From: a virus
Strand: one strand, 5' to 3'
IMG/VR virus record: IMGVR_UViG_3300048672_000219
Span: 19,455 to 83,454 of that record
DNA length: 64,000 nucleotides
In this document: positions 52,107 to 63,080 of the stretch, in pieces
Position numbering within the stretch: the first letter of the stretch is position 1
How the letters are laid out: every line of letters starts with the position of its first letter
Notes under the pieces: generated by a model
The model's input: only the letters and a program-made list of their open reading frames with translations
Told to the model about the DNA's origin: nothing
The model's database searches: none
Program-made: the position numbers and the translations under genes

Positions 52107-55100
52107 ATGGCAGATATTAATATTACAGTAGCCAGTAATGGTGTAGATGAGGCAACAAAGCGCATGAATGATGCGGCTAGTGCTGCCGATAAGTTAGATA
52201 ACAAAGTTGAAAAACTTGGCAAAACTTCCGAGGCTGCTTCTAAGAAAATATCAAGTGTGTTTAAAGCTCTTGATGAGGCAGCTAAATCTGCTGCCCCTTC
52301 ATTAGAAGATTTGTTTCAAGCATATCAAAAACTTGAAAATCAAATTCAACAAAATGTTGTACAGAATAGCGCGTTGGCTAATGCAATGCGTACAAATACT
52401 TCGGCTGTCAATAACCTCACCTCTGCACAAGTTGGACTCAATAGCAATCTGAGCAGTACACAATCAAATTTAGCTGCTGTAGATAGATCGCAACGTTCGT
52501 CCAATGAGTCTATGAGAGAGGCTCACGCCCTTGCTCGTGGACTTTCTGGTTCTTTTGGTGCTTTGTGGGTTACTTACGGAAACATCGCAGGGATGTCAGT
52601 TGGCCTAGCAATTGGTCAAGCGCTTAAAGGTATTGTATCTGTCGGCAGAGATGTGGAAAGCACTTTAGAGGGTATTCGTGTAAGAGGCAATGAGACTGTA
52701 GACTCTGTTAATGAAATTCGCAAGTCTGTTGAAGACTTGGGCAAAGGTGTCTACGGGCCACAAGAAGTAGCTAAAGCATTTGAGACTTTGATTCTTGCAG
52801 GTTTGAATGCTAATCAAGCTCTTTCTGCAATCAACTCCACCATGAATCTTGCTGTGGCGGGTGGCACTTCTTTGGAAAAGTCTGCATCTACGCTGGTTTC
52901 TGTTGGCACTTCTATTGGGTATGTTGCGGAAGGTTATAACCGTGTTGGTGACGTTATTTCCAAAACGGCTGCTCTATCTATGTCTAGCGTAGAAACTCTA
53001 TCCGAGGCATTTAAATCAGCGTCAAGCGTAGCTTCTCTGTATGGTGTCACTCTAGAAGATATCGGTACTTCTTTGGGTGTGCTGTCCAATCTTGGCATTC
53101 AAGGTAGTGCTGCTGGTACTGCCCTGAAGAATATGTATAAAGAGCTTAACTCTGAAGCTGACAAGGTACAAAAGACCTTTAAAGAGTTGGGATTAACTCA
53201 GCTTTCATTCAAAGATTCTGCTGGTAATTTCAAACCGCTGCTTGAAGTTGTCAAAGAGCTTGATGCGTCTCTCAAACAATTGAGCGGGAGTGATGAGAAA
53301 CTGGCAATTGCCCGTTTGTCTAATGAACGTGGTTTGCGTCTGATTACAGCAGCACTCGACCAATACCGTGTCAAGACAAGTGAATCAACTAATGCTCTTG
53401 AGGATTTCCAAGGCAACGTGACAGATAGTTACGGCTTTATGGCAAAAGCTGCTGTGCAAATGTCATTGACAGCAGACAATCAAATGAAAATGGTTACGAA
53501 TAGCATGAAGACAGGATTTGCTTCTGCTTTTGAAACTATTCAACCTGAAATCATTAGCGTTTCGTCTAGGCTCAAAGAGGCATTCCAATCAGAAGGTTTT
53601 AAAGAAGCACTGCGCTCTCTTGCGTTGTTGTTTGCAAATATGGCGGAAGCAATTGCAAGCAATCTGCCTGTTGTGATAAAGTTGGCGGAAGCCTTTGTGG
53701 CATTAAAGGCAGGTTTCATAGTGGCAGCAGTGTGGCAATCTGCTGCCACGGGAATCTTGGCAGTTCGTGAGGCTATGCTGGGACTTGCAACTGCATCTGC
53801 TGCGGTTAATGCCACAATGGGTGCTGTAGCGGTTGTTGTTGGTGTTGCAGCGGCTGCGTGGTATGCTTACTCTTCTGCCCAAGAGGATGCTAACAAGGCA
53901 CAAAAAGACGCAATTGACTACAGCAAAGGCTATATCGAAGGTATTCGTGCAGAAGCAGACAATCTTGAAAAAGTTAATGAAAAGCTGCGTGAAGGTATTG
54001 CTTTAAAAGACGTACAGAAGAAAGTGGAATCAGATAACTCTCGTCTGCTTCAAATTCAAAAAGAGAATGACGCTGTAGAAGAAGCCCGTAAGAATCTTGA
54101 AAAAGCAAACGAAGCAGCAACTAAGTATTCATCTCAAAACAACATTGATAAAATGATTGCAGCACGAGAGGCATTAGCTGCTGCGGAGGAGCATCAGAGA
54201 CAATCCGCCATCAATGCTTTTGATGAAGAACTGCGCTTGAACCGTCTTGCAAAAGAAAATGCTGAGTTGGTTTTGCAAGCTCAGAAGAATGCTCAGAGTG
54301 GTCGTGATGAGCCTACAAAAACATTATCTCATGAAGATAAAACTAAAGCAATGGGCTTGTCTGCAATTGAAGCAGAAATTTCAGCTATTCGTGCTTCTTC
54401 TGAAGAAAAGCGCCGCATTCTGATTTCCGAAGAAAAACTCTATGAAGAAACTTATCGTGGAAAAATGATGAGTGTTTTAGAGTATGCTGATAAGGAATCT
54501 AAAGTTCTGAAGGCACGACAGGATTTGGTTACTGAGACTTATGCAAAAGAAGTTAGTGCGATTCTTGTATCAGAAAATCTCAAAGGTCGTACTGAAACAG
54601 AACGAAACGAATTAGCTAAGAAACGATCCGATCTTTACACTAAATGGGTTGATGATATTGCAAAATTGAACGATGCAATGTCTGCAAACGAGGTTTTGGT
54701 ATCCTCTGTATTTAAAAAGGAGAGGGACGAAGCCCAAGCCACTTCGGATAAAGTGATTGAGGCGATAAAGAAACGTACAGCTTCTGTACAAGCCCAAGTT
54801 GACGCTTACAATTCTTTACCAGACTCGGTGCGAAAAGCAGGTGTTACAGAAAAGCAGTTGGCTGATGAAGTGGCACAAGCACAAATTGACGCATTAAAGC
54901 GCAAACGTGCCACGCTTGAAGAATTGTCTGGCTCGACAATGTATGACGCAGATGCAATTGCAAGATATACACGCAATATACAAGAAATGGAAGATGAGCG
55001 GGATGTTCTTGCCGCACGAGAACTCCAGAGAGCCACAAACAAAAATATCCAAGATTATAATACGGCTTGGAAGCAATCTAACAAGCAAATTGGTGATGAT

Positions 55101-58100
55101 ATTGCCAACGCAATCATAGATGGTGGTGGTAAAGGGTGGAAAAAACTAGTCAACGATATGAAACTAGCTTTTGCAAAGCTCATACTGAATCCAATTATTG
55201 CCCCAATTAGTGCAGAACTCGCAAGCTTGACAGCAATTGCTAACCCTTCATCGGCGTCTGCTGCTGAAGGAACATCTTCTGTAGGTATGTTATCATCAGC
55301 AATGAACATCTACAAAGCAGTATCTGGTGGATTCTCGTCTTTGAGTAGTTCTGCCGCCAGTGGTATGCAGTCTGTGCAGAATATGCTTGGTGAAAGATTT
55401 GGTGGAACTGGTGCAGGTGCTGGCAACTCAACAGGAGCGTTTGCTAATTCCTTTGGCGAGATTGCTGGAAAAGCAGCAGGCTTTGCAATCGGGCAAACCT
55501 TGAATAAATCTTTGTCTGGTGAATTCCAAGTAGGTAGTGGATTTGGTAAAGTTGAAACTATTGCCACAGCAGTAGCATCTTATTTTGGCCCTCAATTTGG
55601 TGCAATTGCTGGTGCGGTGAGTGGCCTTGTAAATAAACTGTTTGGCATGGGTTCCAAGAATATCTCATCTCAAGGTATCTCTGGAAATATTACAGAGGAC
55701 GGTGTAACTGGTCAAGCTTATGCCAATTGGTCGCAAAAAGGTGGCTGGTTCCGCAGTGATAAATCAGGTACAGACACTTCTGCATTATCGGCTGATGTAA
55801 TCAATTCATTCCAGAGTGGTTTAACTTCTCTGAAAGCTGCGTCAACTGACTTTGCTAAGAATGTGAATGTTTCTGCTGACGCACTGAACAACTATTCTAA
55901 ATCATTTGATATTCAGTTTGTAGGCTTAAAAGAAGTTAAAGGTACTGCTGCTGAACAAGCTGCCATTATCGAGTCAAATAGTAAGATTCAACAAGAAGCT
56001 GTAACGAAGTTCTTCACCACAATGGGTGACGATATGGCTACTAAGTTGATTCCAAACATTGCTGATTTTGCCAAGAACGGTGAAACTGCTTCTGTGACAT
56101 TGCAACGACTATCTAGCACATTCACAGCAACTAATCAAATTGCAGCAATACTTGGCAAGAGTGTTGAGAGTGTATTTGGCGGTATTGGACTGGAATCAGA
56201 TAAAACCCGTGAGCGCCTTATAGATTTAGCTGGTGGATTGAGTAACCTGCAATCAAAAACTACAGCGTATGCTACAGCTTTCCTATCGGATTCTGAAAAA
56301 TTAGCTCCTGTGCAAAAAGCTCTCTCTGCTGCTATGGAAAATCTTGGTCAATCTTCTGTTACTACCAAAGACCAATTCAAAGCAGTAGTAAACAGTCTTG
56401 ACTTAACCACAGATGCCGGTGCAACGCTATTTAATAATTTGATGGATATTGCTCCTGCGTTTGCTCAAGTTGCTGATGCCGCAGAGGCAGCACAAGCTGC
56501 CACACGTAAGCTGCAAATTGCTCTGTTGGAAGCTCAAGGCGAAAACCTGAAAGCTCAGTCGATGAAGCGGGAAGATGAATTGAAGCCGTTATCAGATTCA
56601 GATAAGGTGATTCAACAACAAATCTACGCTGCTCAAGATAAAGCAATTACTGACAAACTGCTATTGTCTCTAATGCAGGCTCAAGGTGACGCTCAGGGTG
56701 CGCTGGCTGTAACTCGTGCAAATGAATTGAAGCAACTATCTGAAACAGACCAATTGATTCAGAAACAAATTTATGATGCAGAGGATAAAGCTAAAACAGA
56801 GGCTTTAACATTGACTCTTCTTCAAGCTCAAGGGAAAGTTTCTGAAGCATTGAACATTACCCGCGCTAAAGAGCTTGCGTCATTGTCTGAATCGGACCAA
56901 GTTATTCAACGACAAATATATGCGTTGGAAGATAAGGCGAAGATAGATAAGTTGAATCTCTCTTTGACGCAAGCACAAGGAAATGCTCAAGATGCTTTGG
57001 CAATCACTCGTGCAAATGAGCTTGCACAGATGACCGATGCTGAGAAAGTTATTCAACAACAAATTTATCTCACTGAAGACAAAGCTAAAACTGATTCTCT
57101 TAGCTTGGCCTTGCTGCAAGCTCAGGGCAAAGCTCAAGAAGCTTTGAACATTACTAGAGATAAAGAATTAGCTGCATTAAGTGATTCTGATAAAGTTATT
57201 CAAAAGCAAATCTATGCTGCTCAAGATGCCGCTAAAATTGCCTCGTTGCAAATTCAATTAGTGACTGCATTAAGTGGTGCTCAAGCTGCATTAAGTCTGA
57301 CTCGTGCTAAGGAAGTAGAGGGATTGTCTGCTCAAGAGGCAGCGATGAAAGCCACTATTTATGCTGCTCAGGATGCTGCTGTTTCTGACAGGTTGGGTTT
57401 GGAGTTGATCACTGCACAAGGCAGAGCGCAGGAAGCTTTAACAATTACTCGCAACAACGAGTTGGCTGCGTTGTCCGAGTCCGATAAACTAATCAAGCAA
57501 CAAACTTATGCTGCTCAGGATAAGGCTAAAACTGACTCGCTGAACATTGCTCTCCTACAAGCTCAAGGAAAAGTGCAGGATGCTTTGTTTGCCAATAGGG
57601 TAAAAGAGTTGAGCGTATTGAGTGATTCGGACAAGGCAATTCAGCAGCAGATTTATGCTGCTGAAGACAAAGCTAATTCGGACAAACTTGATATTGAACT
57701 GATGCAAGCCCAAGGTAAATCTCAAGAAGCTCTTAACATTACTCGTCAAAATGAGTTGAACGCTCTCTCAAAAAGTGAGCAAGTTATCCAGCAACAAATA
57801 TACGATGCCCAAGATAAAGCCAAAACAGATGCACTAAATCTGGCACTGTTGCAGGAGCAAGGCAAAGCTCAAGAGGCTCTTGCTGTAACTCGTGCAAACG
57901 AACTGGCTTCGCTCTCAGACACTGATAAAGCAATTAAACAGCAGATTTATGCTGCTCAAGATAAGGCTAAAACTGACGCTTTGGCATTGGAATTGATTAA
58001 TGCTCAGGGTTATGCTCAATCATATTTGGCAGCAACTCGTGCCAAAGAGCTTGAGTCGTTAAATGAGACAGACAAGGCAATCAAACAACAGATATACACT

Positions 58101-59738
58101 GCCCAAGACAAAGCTAAGACGGATGCTCTGTTGGTAACTCTGCTGCAAGCCCAAGGTAAAGCTCAAGAGGCTTTGACAACACAGCGAGAGAAAGAGTTGA
58201 GTACGATGAGTGATTCTGATCAAGTCATTCAAAAGCAGATTTATGCTGCGCAAGACAAGGCAAAAATCGATACATTGAATGTTGATCTTCTCCAAGCTCA
58301 AGGAAAGGCTCAGGAATACTTAGCAGCAACAAGGGCTAAAGAGTTGTTTGGTTTATCTGAAGAAGAGAAGGCTATTAAGCAGAAGATATATGCTTCGCAG
58401 GATGCTGCAAAAACCGCAGCTTTAGAGCTTGAACTTGTAAAGCAACAAGGGTTAGATTACAAGGCACTGTTGATAACTCGTGAGCAAGAGCTTTCACAAC
58501 TGTCCGAGTCAGATCAAGTTATTCAGAAGCAGATTTATCGCCAACAAGACTTGAATACTCTGTATGGTTTGAATGTAAAGCTGTTGGACGCACAGTACCG
58601 CTCACAAGAGAGCGTCAACATGCAGCGCGAAAAGACCCTTGCCGGTTTGTCTGCGGAAGCTGCTGTATTGCAAAAGGCTATTTATGCTGCACAAGATGCT
58701 CAAAAAGCTGTTGACACAGGCATGACCAAGCTCACTGCTTCAGTGAATGCTCAAAAGGCTGTAATTGAAGCTCAGTACAAGCAAGCTAGTGATATGCTGG
58801 CTGCACAGAAGAAAGCTGCCACAGACGCTGCCCAATCTTCGATTGACGCAAGCAAAACTAGTTTGTCATCTATTCAATCTATCCAATCTTCGCTGAGTGG
58901 TGCTTTGAAAGATGTTCTTGATAGTTCTACGGTACTCACGCTAAAGGTTCGGAATAACGCTCTAGCTGCACTTCAAGGCATTTCCGGCTCTCGGGACTTA
59001 AACAGCCCTGCAATGATGGATGCTATTAAGACATTGGCAAAACCGTCAGAGCAATTGTACAGCAATCTTGAGGACTATACAAGATCGCAGATGCAAGTCG
59101 CTAATACGATTGACAACCTCAATTCACAGGCAGTTGACCAAGTTTCTTTGGCACAACAATCCGTCGATTTGCAAGAGGCTAATCTGAAAGTCTTGACTCA
59201 ATGGTTTGATAGTCAGCAAGCATCTTTAGATCAGCAGCATACTAACGCAGTGGCAGAACAAGACGCCATCCTTAAAAATGCCCAAGATCAGATTGATGCC
59301 TTGCGAAACATTGACAATAGTGTACTAAGTGTAGAGCAAGCTGTCTCGGACTTGGCTATTGCCATTGCCAATGCTAAGGCAACAACCATAAGTTATGCCC
59401 CAGCAAGTAATTTGTTAGATGTAGCACAAAAAGCTGTCTCTAGCACTTATCCTAGCTTAGATGTTGGAACCAATGCTTTGCCAAGTGACATGACAATTAA
59501 TGCACATGCTGGTGAACGTATTATTCCTGCGGCAGATAATCGAGAAATCATGCGTCGTCTTGAGCAACCCGAGAACGGTTCTAGTGCAGAGATGGTGCAA
59601 TCTATCGAATCACTGAAAGAAACTGTGCGAGCGGGTCAAATCGCTACTCTGCAACTCAATCAACAGATGTACCGCTTGTGGAAGAAATTCGATCAAGACG
59701 GTATGCCTGAAGTACGTGATGTAGAGGCTATTGGCTAA
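52107..59738 (+). CDS. tape measure protein, 2543 aa
   Basis: TP901-type core (GIQGSAAGTALKNM); Ala-rich helical; C-terminal LDVGTNALPSDM...HAGERIIPA. Confidence 0.93.
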   Translation: MADINITVASNGVDEATKRMNDAASAADKLDNKVEKLGKTSEAASKKISSVFKALDEAAKSAAPSLEDLFQAYQKLENQIQQNVVQNSALANAMRTNTSAVNNLTSAQVGLNSNLSSTQSNLAAVDRSQRSSNESMREAHALARGLSGSFGALWVTYGNIAGMSVGLAIGQALKGIVSVGRDVESTLEGIRVRGNETVDSVNEIRKSVEDLGKGVYGPQEVAKAFETLILAGLNANQALSAINSTMNLAVAGGTSLEKSASTLVSVGTSIGYVAEGYNRVGDVISKTAALSMSSVETLSEAFKSASSVASLYGVTLEDIGTSLGVLSNLGIQGSAAGTALKNMYKELNSEADKVQKTFKELGLTQLSFKDSAGNFKPLLEVVKELDASLKQLSGSDEKLAIARLSNERGLRLITAALDQYRVKTSESTNALEDFQGNVTDSYGFMAKAAVQMSLTADNQMKMVTNSMKTGFASAFETIQPEIISVSSRLKEAFQSEGFKEALRSLALLFANMAEAIASNLPVVIKLAEAFVALKAGFIVAAVWQSAATGILAVREAMLGLATASAAVNATMGAVAVVVGVAAAAWYAYSSAQEDANKAQKDAIDYSKGYIEGIRAEADNLEKVNEKLREGIALKDVQKKVESDNSRLLQIQKENDAVEEARKNLEKANEAATKYSSQNNIDKMIAAREALAAAEEHQRQSAINAFDEELRLNRLAKENAELVLQAQKNAQSGRDEPTKTLSHEDKTKAMGLSAIEAEISAIRASSEEKRRILISEEKLYEETYRGKMMSVLEYADKESKVLKARQDLVTETYAKEVSAILVSENLKGRTETERNELAKKRSDLYTKWVDDIAKLNDAMSANEVLVSSVFKKERDEAQATSDKVIEAIKKRTASVQAQVDAYNSLPDSVRKAGVTEKQLADEVAQAQIDALKRKRATLEELSGSTMYDADAIARYTRNIQEMEDERDVLAARELQRATNKNIQDYNTAWKQSNKQIGDDIANAIIDGGGKGWKKLVNDMKLAFAKLILNPIIAPISAELASLTAIANPSSASAAEGTSSVGMLSSAMNIYKAVSGGFSSLSSSAASGMQSVQNMLGERFGGTGAGAGNSTGAFANSFGEIAGKAAGFAIGQTLNKSLSGEFQVGSGFGKVETIATAVASYFGPQFGAIAGAVSGLVNKLFGMGSKNISSQGISGNITEDGVTGQAYANWSQKGGWFRSDKSGTDTSALSADVINSFQSGLTSLKAASTDFAKNVNVSADALNNYSKSFDIQFVGLKEVKGTAAEQAAIIESNSKIQQEAVTKFFTTMGDDMATKLIPNIADFAKNGETASVTLQRLSSTFTATNQIAAILGKSVESVFGGIGLESDKTRERLIDLAGGLSNLQSKTTAYATAFLSDSEKLAPVQKALSAAMENLGQSSVTTKDQFKAVVNSLDLTTDAGATLFNNLMDIAPAFAQVADAAEAAQAATRKLQIALLEAQGENLKAQSMKREDELKPLSDSDKVIQQQIYAAQDKAITDKLLLSLMQAQGDAQGALAVTRANELKQLSETDQLIQKQIYDAEDKAKTEALTLTLLQAQGKVSEALNITRAKELASLSESDQVIQRQIYALEDKAKIDKLNLSLTQAQGNAQDALAITRANELAQMTDAEKVIQQQIYLTEDKAKTDSLSLALLQAQGKAQEALNITRDKELAALSDSDKVIQKQIYAAQDAAKIASLQIQLVTALSGAQAALSLTRAKEVEGLSAQEAAMKATIYAAQDAAVSDRLGLELITAQGRAQEALTITRNNELAALSESDKLIKQQTYAAQDKAKTDSLNIALLQAQGKVQDALFANRVKELSVLSDSDKAIQQQIYAAEDKANSDKLDIELMQAQGKSQEALNITRQNELNALSKSEQVIQQQIYDAQDKAKTDALNLALLQEQGKAQEALAVTRANELASLSDTDKAIKQQIYAAQDKAKTDALALELINAQGYAQSYLAATRAKELESLNETDKAIKQQIYTAQDKAKTDALLVTLLQAQGKAQEALTTQREKELSTMSDSDQVIQKQIYAAQDKAKIDTLNVDLLQAQGKAQEYLAATRAKELFGLSEEEKAIKQKIYASQDAAKTAALELELVKQQGLDYKALLITREQELSQLSESDQVIQKQIYRQQDLNTLYGLNVKLLDAQYRSQESVNMQREKTLAGLSAEAAVLQKAIYAAQDAQKAVDTGMTKLTASVNAQKAVIEAQYKQASDMLAAQKKAATDAAQSSIDASKTSLSSIQSIQSSLSGALKDVLDSSTVLTLKVRNNALAALQGISGSRDLNSPAMMDAIKTLAKPSEQLYSNLEDYTRSQMQVANTIDNLNSQAVDQVSLAQQSVDLQEANLKVLTQWFDSQQASLDQQHTNAVAEQDAILKNAQDQIDALRNIDNSVLSVEQAVSDLAIAIANAKATTISYAPASNLLDVAQKAVSSTYPSLDVGTNALPSDMTINAHAGERIIPAADNREIMRRLEQPENGSSAEMVQSIESLKETVRAGQIATLQLNQQMYRLWKKFDQDGMPEVRDVEAIG
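56505..58703 (+). repeat. 15 tandem 147-bp (49-aa) repeats inside the tape measure gene
   Basis: QIYAAQDK-like motif recurs from 56619 to 58677, exactly 14 x 147 bp. Confidence 0.92.
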
Positions 59739-59747
59739 TTGTTGTAT

Positions 59748-59778
59748 AAAGGGAGGCTTTCGGGCTTCCCTTTCTTTT
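59748..59778 (+). terminator. intrinsic terminator after the TMP
   Basis: AAAGGGAGGC-TTTCGG-GCTTCCCTTT followed by CTTTT. Confidence 0.75.
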
Positions 59779-59796
59779 ATAAGAAAGAGGGATATT

Positions 59797-60945
59797 TTGA
59801 AAATCATTGCCCCAATCACAATAACAGATTCTAATTTAACATATTCAAATGTATCTGGAACGGATAATCCTGCATACAATCCAATAAAGCTTTACATCTC
59901 AGGAGAGACTGTACAGTTGGCTAATAGAAATTATGAGAGCTTGACAGGATCACAATCAAATGTTACAATAAGCACTTCGTCTCCCGCCACGATTACGTGG
60001 AATAATCATGGATTGGTATTAAATACTCCAATTCAATTTTCGACAACAGGGTCATTGCCTACTGGATTATCTGTCGGAACTACATATTATGTAATTTCCC
60101 CATCCACAACATCTTTCAATGTCGCATTAACTCCAAATGGATCACCTATTGCAACGTCTGGAACTCAAAGTGGTGTACACACAGCAAGGGCTTCCAACAA
60201 TATTGGAAAAGACCCTACCACGGCAACAACATTCTGGCTCGATCTGGGAACAGTTAATAAGTACAAAATGTTTGACACGTCTGTACAATCTCAGACAGTA
60301 AATTCTGGATCAATTGTAACGGTAATTCAAGTGTCAGGCTATTCATCACATGTGGCATTGCTTAATATCGTCGGCACTGATGCCAATGTTGTAATGACGC
60401 ACCCAACAGATGGAGTTGTCTACAATCAAACAAAATCCCTAAGGAGTTCTTCAGGAATTACGGATTGGTTCAAATATTTCTTTACACCATCAAATCCGAT
60501 AACAGACCTTGTGTTTGATGGTATCCCGAATTATGCCAACACCACAATTACAGTGACTATCAACAATGCTGGAGGTTCAGCAGCATGTGGGGCTTGCTTG
60601 ATTGGATTTGCAAAAGATATATCATCTCAGAAGGCTGGTGTTGAACAAGGGGCAAAGCTCACATTAGATGACTATAGTTTAAAAACTCCTGATGCATTTG
60701 GTAATTACACAATCAAGGAACGTGCGTTTGCTCGTAGAGCCGCATGGACTGTGTATATTGACGGAAAAGATGTAGACGGTGCTTACAACTTGTTATCGTC
60801 ACGTAGAGCCATTCCAACGTTGTACATTGGCGGCAAGGACTATGGAAGCAATCTGGTGTACGGCTTCTTCCGTTCATTTGACATCACAATTAATTATATA
60901 GATTTTCCTGCTGTATGCTCAATTGAACTTGCGGGACTCACTTAA
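59797..60945 (+). CDS. tail tip/virion structural protein
   Basis: Likely TTG start after GAGG; follows the TMP; beta-rich; insert ITWNNHGL...PTGLSVGTTYYV. Confidence 0.65.
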   Translation: MKIIAPITITDSNLTYSNVSGTDNPAYNPIKLYISGETVQLANRNYESLTGSQSNVTISTSSPATITWNNHGLVLNTPIQFSTTGSLPTGLSVGTTYYVISPSTTSFNVALTPNGSPIATSGTQSGVHTARASNNIGKDPTTATTFWLDLGTVNKYKMFDTSVQSQTVNSGSIVTVIQVSGYSSHVALLNIVGTDANVVMTHPTDGVVYNQTKSLRSSSGITDWFKYFFTPSNPITDLVFDGIPNYANTTITVTINNAGGSAACGACLIGFAKDISSQKAGVEQGAKLTLDDYSLKTPDAFGNYTIKERAFARRAAWTVYIDGKDVDGAYNLLSSRRAIPTLYIGGKDYGSNLVYGFFRSFDITINYIDFPAVCSIELAGLT

Positions 60946-60967
60946 TAATAACACATAAGGAACCAAC

Positions 60968-62365
60968 ATGACAACACAAATCACACCGCTACCATCAGCA
61001 CCACAACGTACTGACGATGAAGCGACGTTTGCCGCAAAAGGGGACGCACTAATGGGGGCATTATCTCAATTTGTGACAGAGGCTAATGCTTTGATTATTC
61101 AGGCAGACGCTGATGCCTCCGCTGCTACATCCAGTGCATCTAGTGCTGCTCTGTCTGCTACAGGTGCTGCGGTAAGCGCTGCCACTGCTGCAAATGCGGC
61201 TGGTGCAACACTTTGGGTATCAGGGACCACTTACGCCCAATATGCAGTAGTATATAGCCCAACAAGCTTACTGAGCTATCGCAAACGTACTACTAGCAGT
61301 GTTTCCACCATCGACCCGGCTTCTGACTCCACCAATTGGCAACCACTTGCGCCAATCAGTATGGTGCGTAGTGCTAGATCGTCAAATACGCAACTAACAC
61401 CTTCGGACAACTCAAGATTAATTGATATCACTGGTGGCACATTCACTCAAACACTACCCTCTGCTTCTTCACTTGGGTCCGGTTGGTATTGTTTCTTGAA
61501 GAACTCCGGTTCAGGTACGGTTACTATTGGTGGTACTTCGCTCACATTGCAAACAGGTGAAGCTTATATTCTTCAGTGTGATGGGACAAATATCAATACA
61601 TTGAAGATTAGCTCATCAACTCGTGTTGAAACATTCTTGACAAATGGTACTTACACTACCGAAACTGGTCGAAAGTATTTTGTAGAAGTTGTTGGTGGGG
61701 GAGGTGGTGGTGGTAGCGGAAGTACAGGTGGCGGTGCTGGCGTAGGTGTAGGTGGTAACGGGGGGAGCGGTGCGGCAAGAAAATCCACAATGATTTGCAC
61801 AACATCTTCAACATCCATACCATATTATGTAGGGGCTGGTGGAAGTGGTGGGTCTGCTGTAACAAATGCCGGTGCATCAAATGGTGTTGCAGGGGGGAGT
61901 GGGAGTTCAAGCTCTTTTGGAGCAGTTATTGCCCTTGGAGGGGCCGGTGGAACTTACGGAGTAGCAGGCACAGATACGATAGGGGCTAGTGGGACAGCGG
62001 CAAATGACGCTGCTGGCGCTAACGGAGGGAATGGCGGAAGCGGAGTTTCTTCTGGAAATATCGGAAGAAATGGCGGACTGGGTGGGTCTGCTGGCACTAA
62101 CTCGGGTGGGTCTGCTGGAAGCGGTTCTAACGGAGGCGATGGCAGCTTGGTTGCCGACTACTTTGGAATGGGTAGCGCAGGTGGTGGAGGCGCTGGCGCA
62201 GGCATCTCATCAACTACACCAATATCGGCATTTGCTGGCGGCGCAGGTGCGCTTGGTGCTGCTGGTGGGGGAGGTGGTGGTGTTTCTACGCCTCTTGGAA
62301 CAGCCGGAACGTCTGGCAAGGGCGGCGATGGTGGACAAGGATTCATTCGCGTCTGGACACTATAA
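60968..62365 (+). CDS. tail fibre-like protein with a glycine-rich C-terminal domain
   Basis: ITPLPSAPQR.D...F...DA N-terminus; Ala/Ser linker; VGGGGGGG...GGDGGQGFIRVW. Confidence 0.75.
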   Translation: MTTQITPLPSAPQRTDDEATFAAKGDALMGALSQFVTEANALIIQADADASAATSSASSAALSATGAAVSAATAANAAGATLWVSGTTYAQYAVVYSPTSLLSYRKRTTSSVSTIDPASDSTNWQPLAPISMVRSARSSNTQLTPSDNSRLIDITGGTFTQTLPSASSLGSGWYCFLKNSGSGTVTIGGTSLTLQTGEAYILQCDGTNINTLKISSSTRVETFLTNGTYTTETGRKYFVEVVGGGGGGGSGSTGGGAGVGVGGNGGSGAARKSTMICTTSSTSIPYYVGAGGSGGSAVTNAGASNGVAGGSGSSSSFGAVIALGGAGGTYGVAGTDTIGASGTAANDAAGANGGNGGSGVSSGNIGRNGGLGGSAGTNSGGSAGSGSNGGDGSLVADYFGMGSAGGGGAGAGISSTTPISAFAGGAGALGAAGGGGGGVSTPLGTAGTSGKGGDGGQGFIRVWTL

Positions 62366-62374
62366 GGAGAAATA

Positions 62375-62794
62375 ATGAAAGCAGCACACATTGTAAATGG
62401 CAAGGTTGTAAATTACTGCATGGTCGCCTCATATGATTCGGCCTTTGTTGACCCTAAAGATTCAGTTTTAGGCGACTTGTGGGACGGTAGTAAATTCACC
62501 AAGCCAATAAAATCTCTTAAAGAGGTTCAACAAGAATTCTCTGACATTGTACAGAACATTTTGGACAGTAAGGCTAAGGAGAAGCATTATGATAATATCA
62601 TTTCAGCTTGTTCCTACGCAGGTGCTCCGAATCCTTTCCAAGCTGAAAGTCAAGCTTTCTTATCTTGGAGGGGCGATGTATGGCAGAAATGCTATGAGCT
62701 TTTGGCAGCAGTGGAGCAAGGCATTTCAACAGTCCCAACTGTAGAACAACTTATTGCTGAACTTCCTACACTAGTATTGCCAGTGAGTGAATAA
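62375..62794 (+). CDS. tail fibre assembly-type protein
   Basis: LDSKAKEKHYDNIISACSYA...FQAE..AF..WR..VW..CY...LIAELP. Confidence 0.7.
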   Translation: MKAAHIVNGKVVNYCMVASYDSAFVDPKDSVLGDLWDGSKFTKPIKSLKEVQQEFSDIVQNILDSKAKEKHYDNIISACSYAGAPNPFQAESQAFLSWRGDVWQKCYELLAAVEQGISTVPTVEQLIAELPTLVLPVSE

Positions 62795-63078
62795 TGAAAA
62801 CAATACGACTACTCTCAATATGGGCAGTTTGTATTGTAGCATCCTTTCTAGCTTTAGGGAGGATGTTCTTTGCAATCTTCCTAAGCCCTGATAAGGCATG
62901 GCGAATATCAGTGGCAACAGACAGGCAAGCTAATGTTGCATTCAATGGCAACGAAAAGGAAACCATCAGTTCTCGTGCCTACAGAGGTACGAAAGAGGGA
63001 CGAACAGGGTGGTGTATATTATGTAAATTCCTCAATCTACTTGATAGAGGTCATTGCGAGAAATCAGAGGGTGTATAA
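62794..63078 (+). CDS. small membrane-anchored phage protein
   Basis: N-terminal TM segment; DRQANV.FNG...ETISSR...LD.GHC. Confidence 0.6.
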   Translation: MKTIRLLSIWAVCIVASFLALGRMFFAIFLSPDKAWRISVATDRQANVAFNGNEKETISSRAYRGTKEGRTGWCILCKFLNLLDRGHCEKSEGV

Positions 63079-63080
63079 TT

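Noticed and set aside
56505-58703. TMP repeats as a CRISPR array or a diversity-generating retroelement
   Set aside because: They are in-frame coding repeats with synonymous divergence; there is no reverse transcriptase or adenine-specific TR/VR pair in the window.
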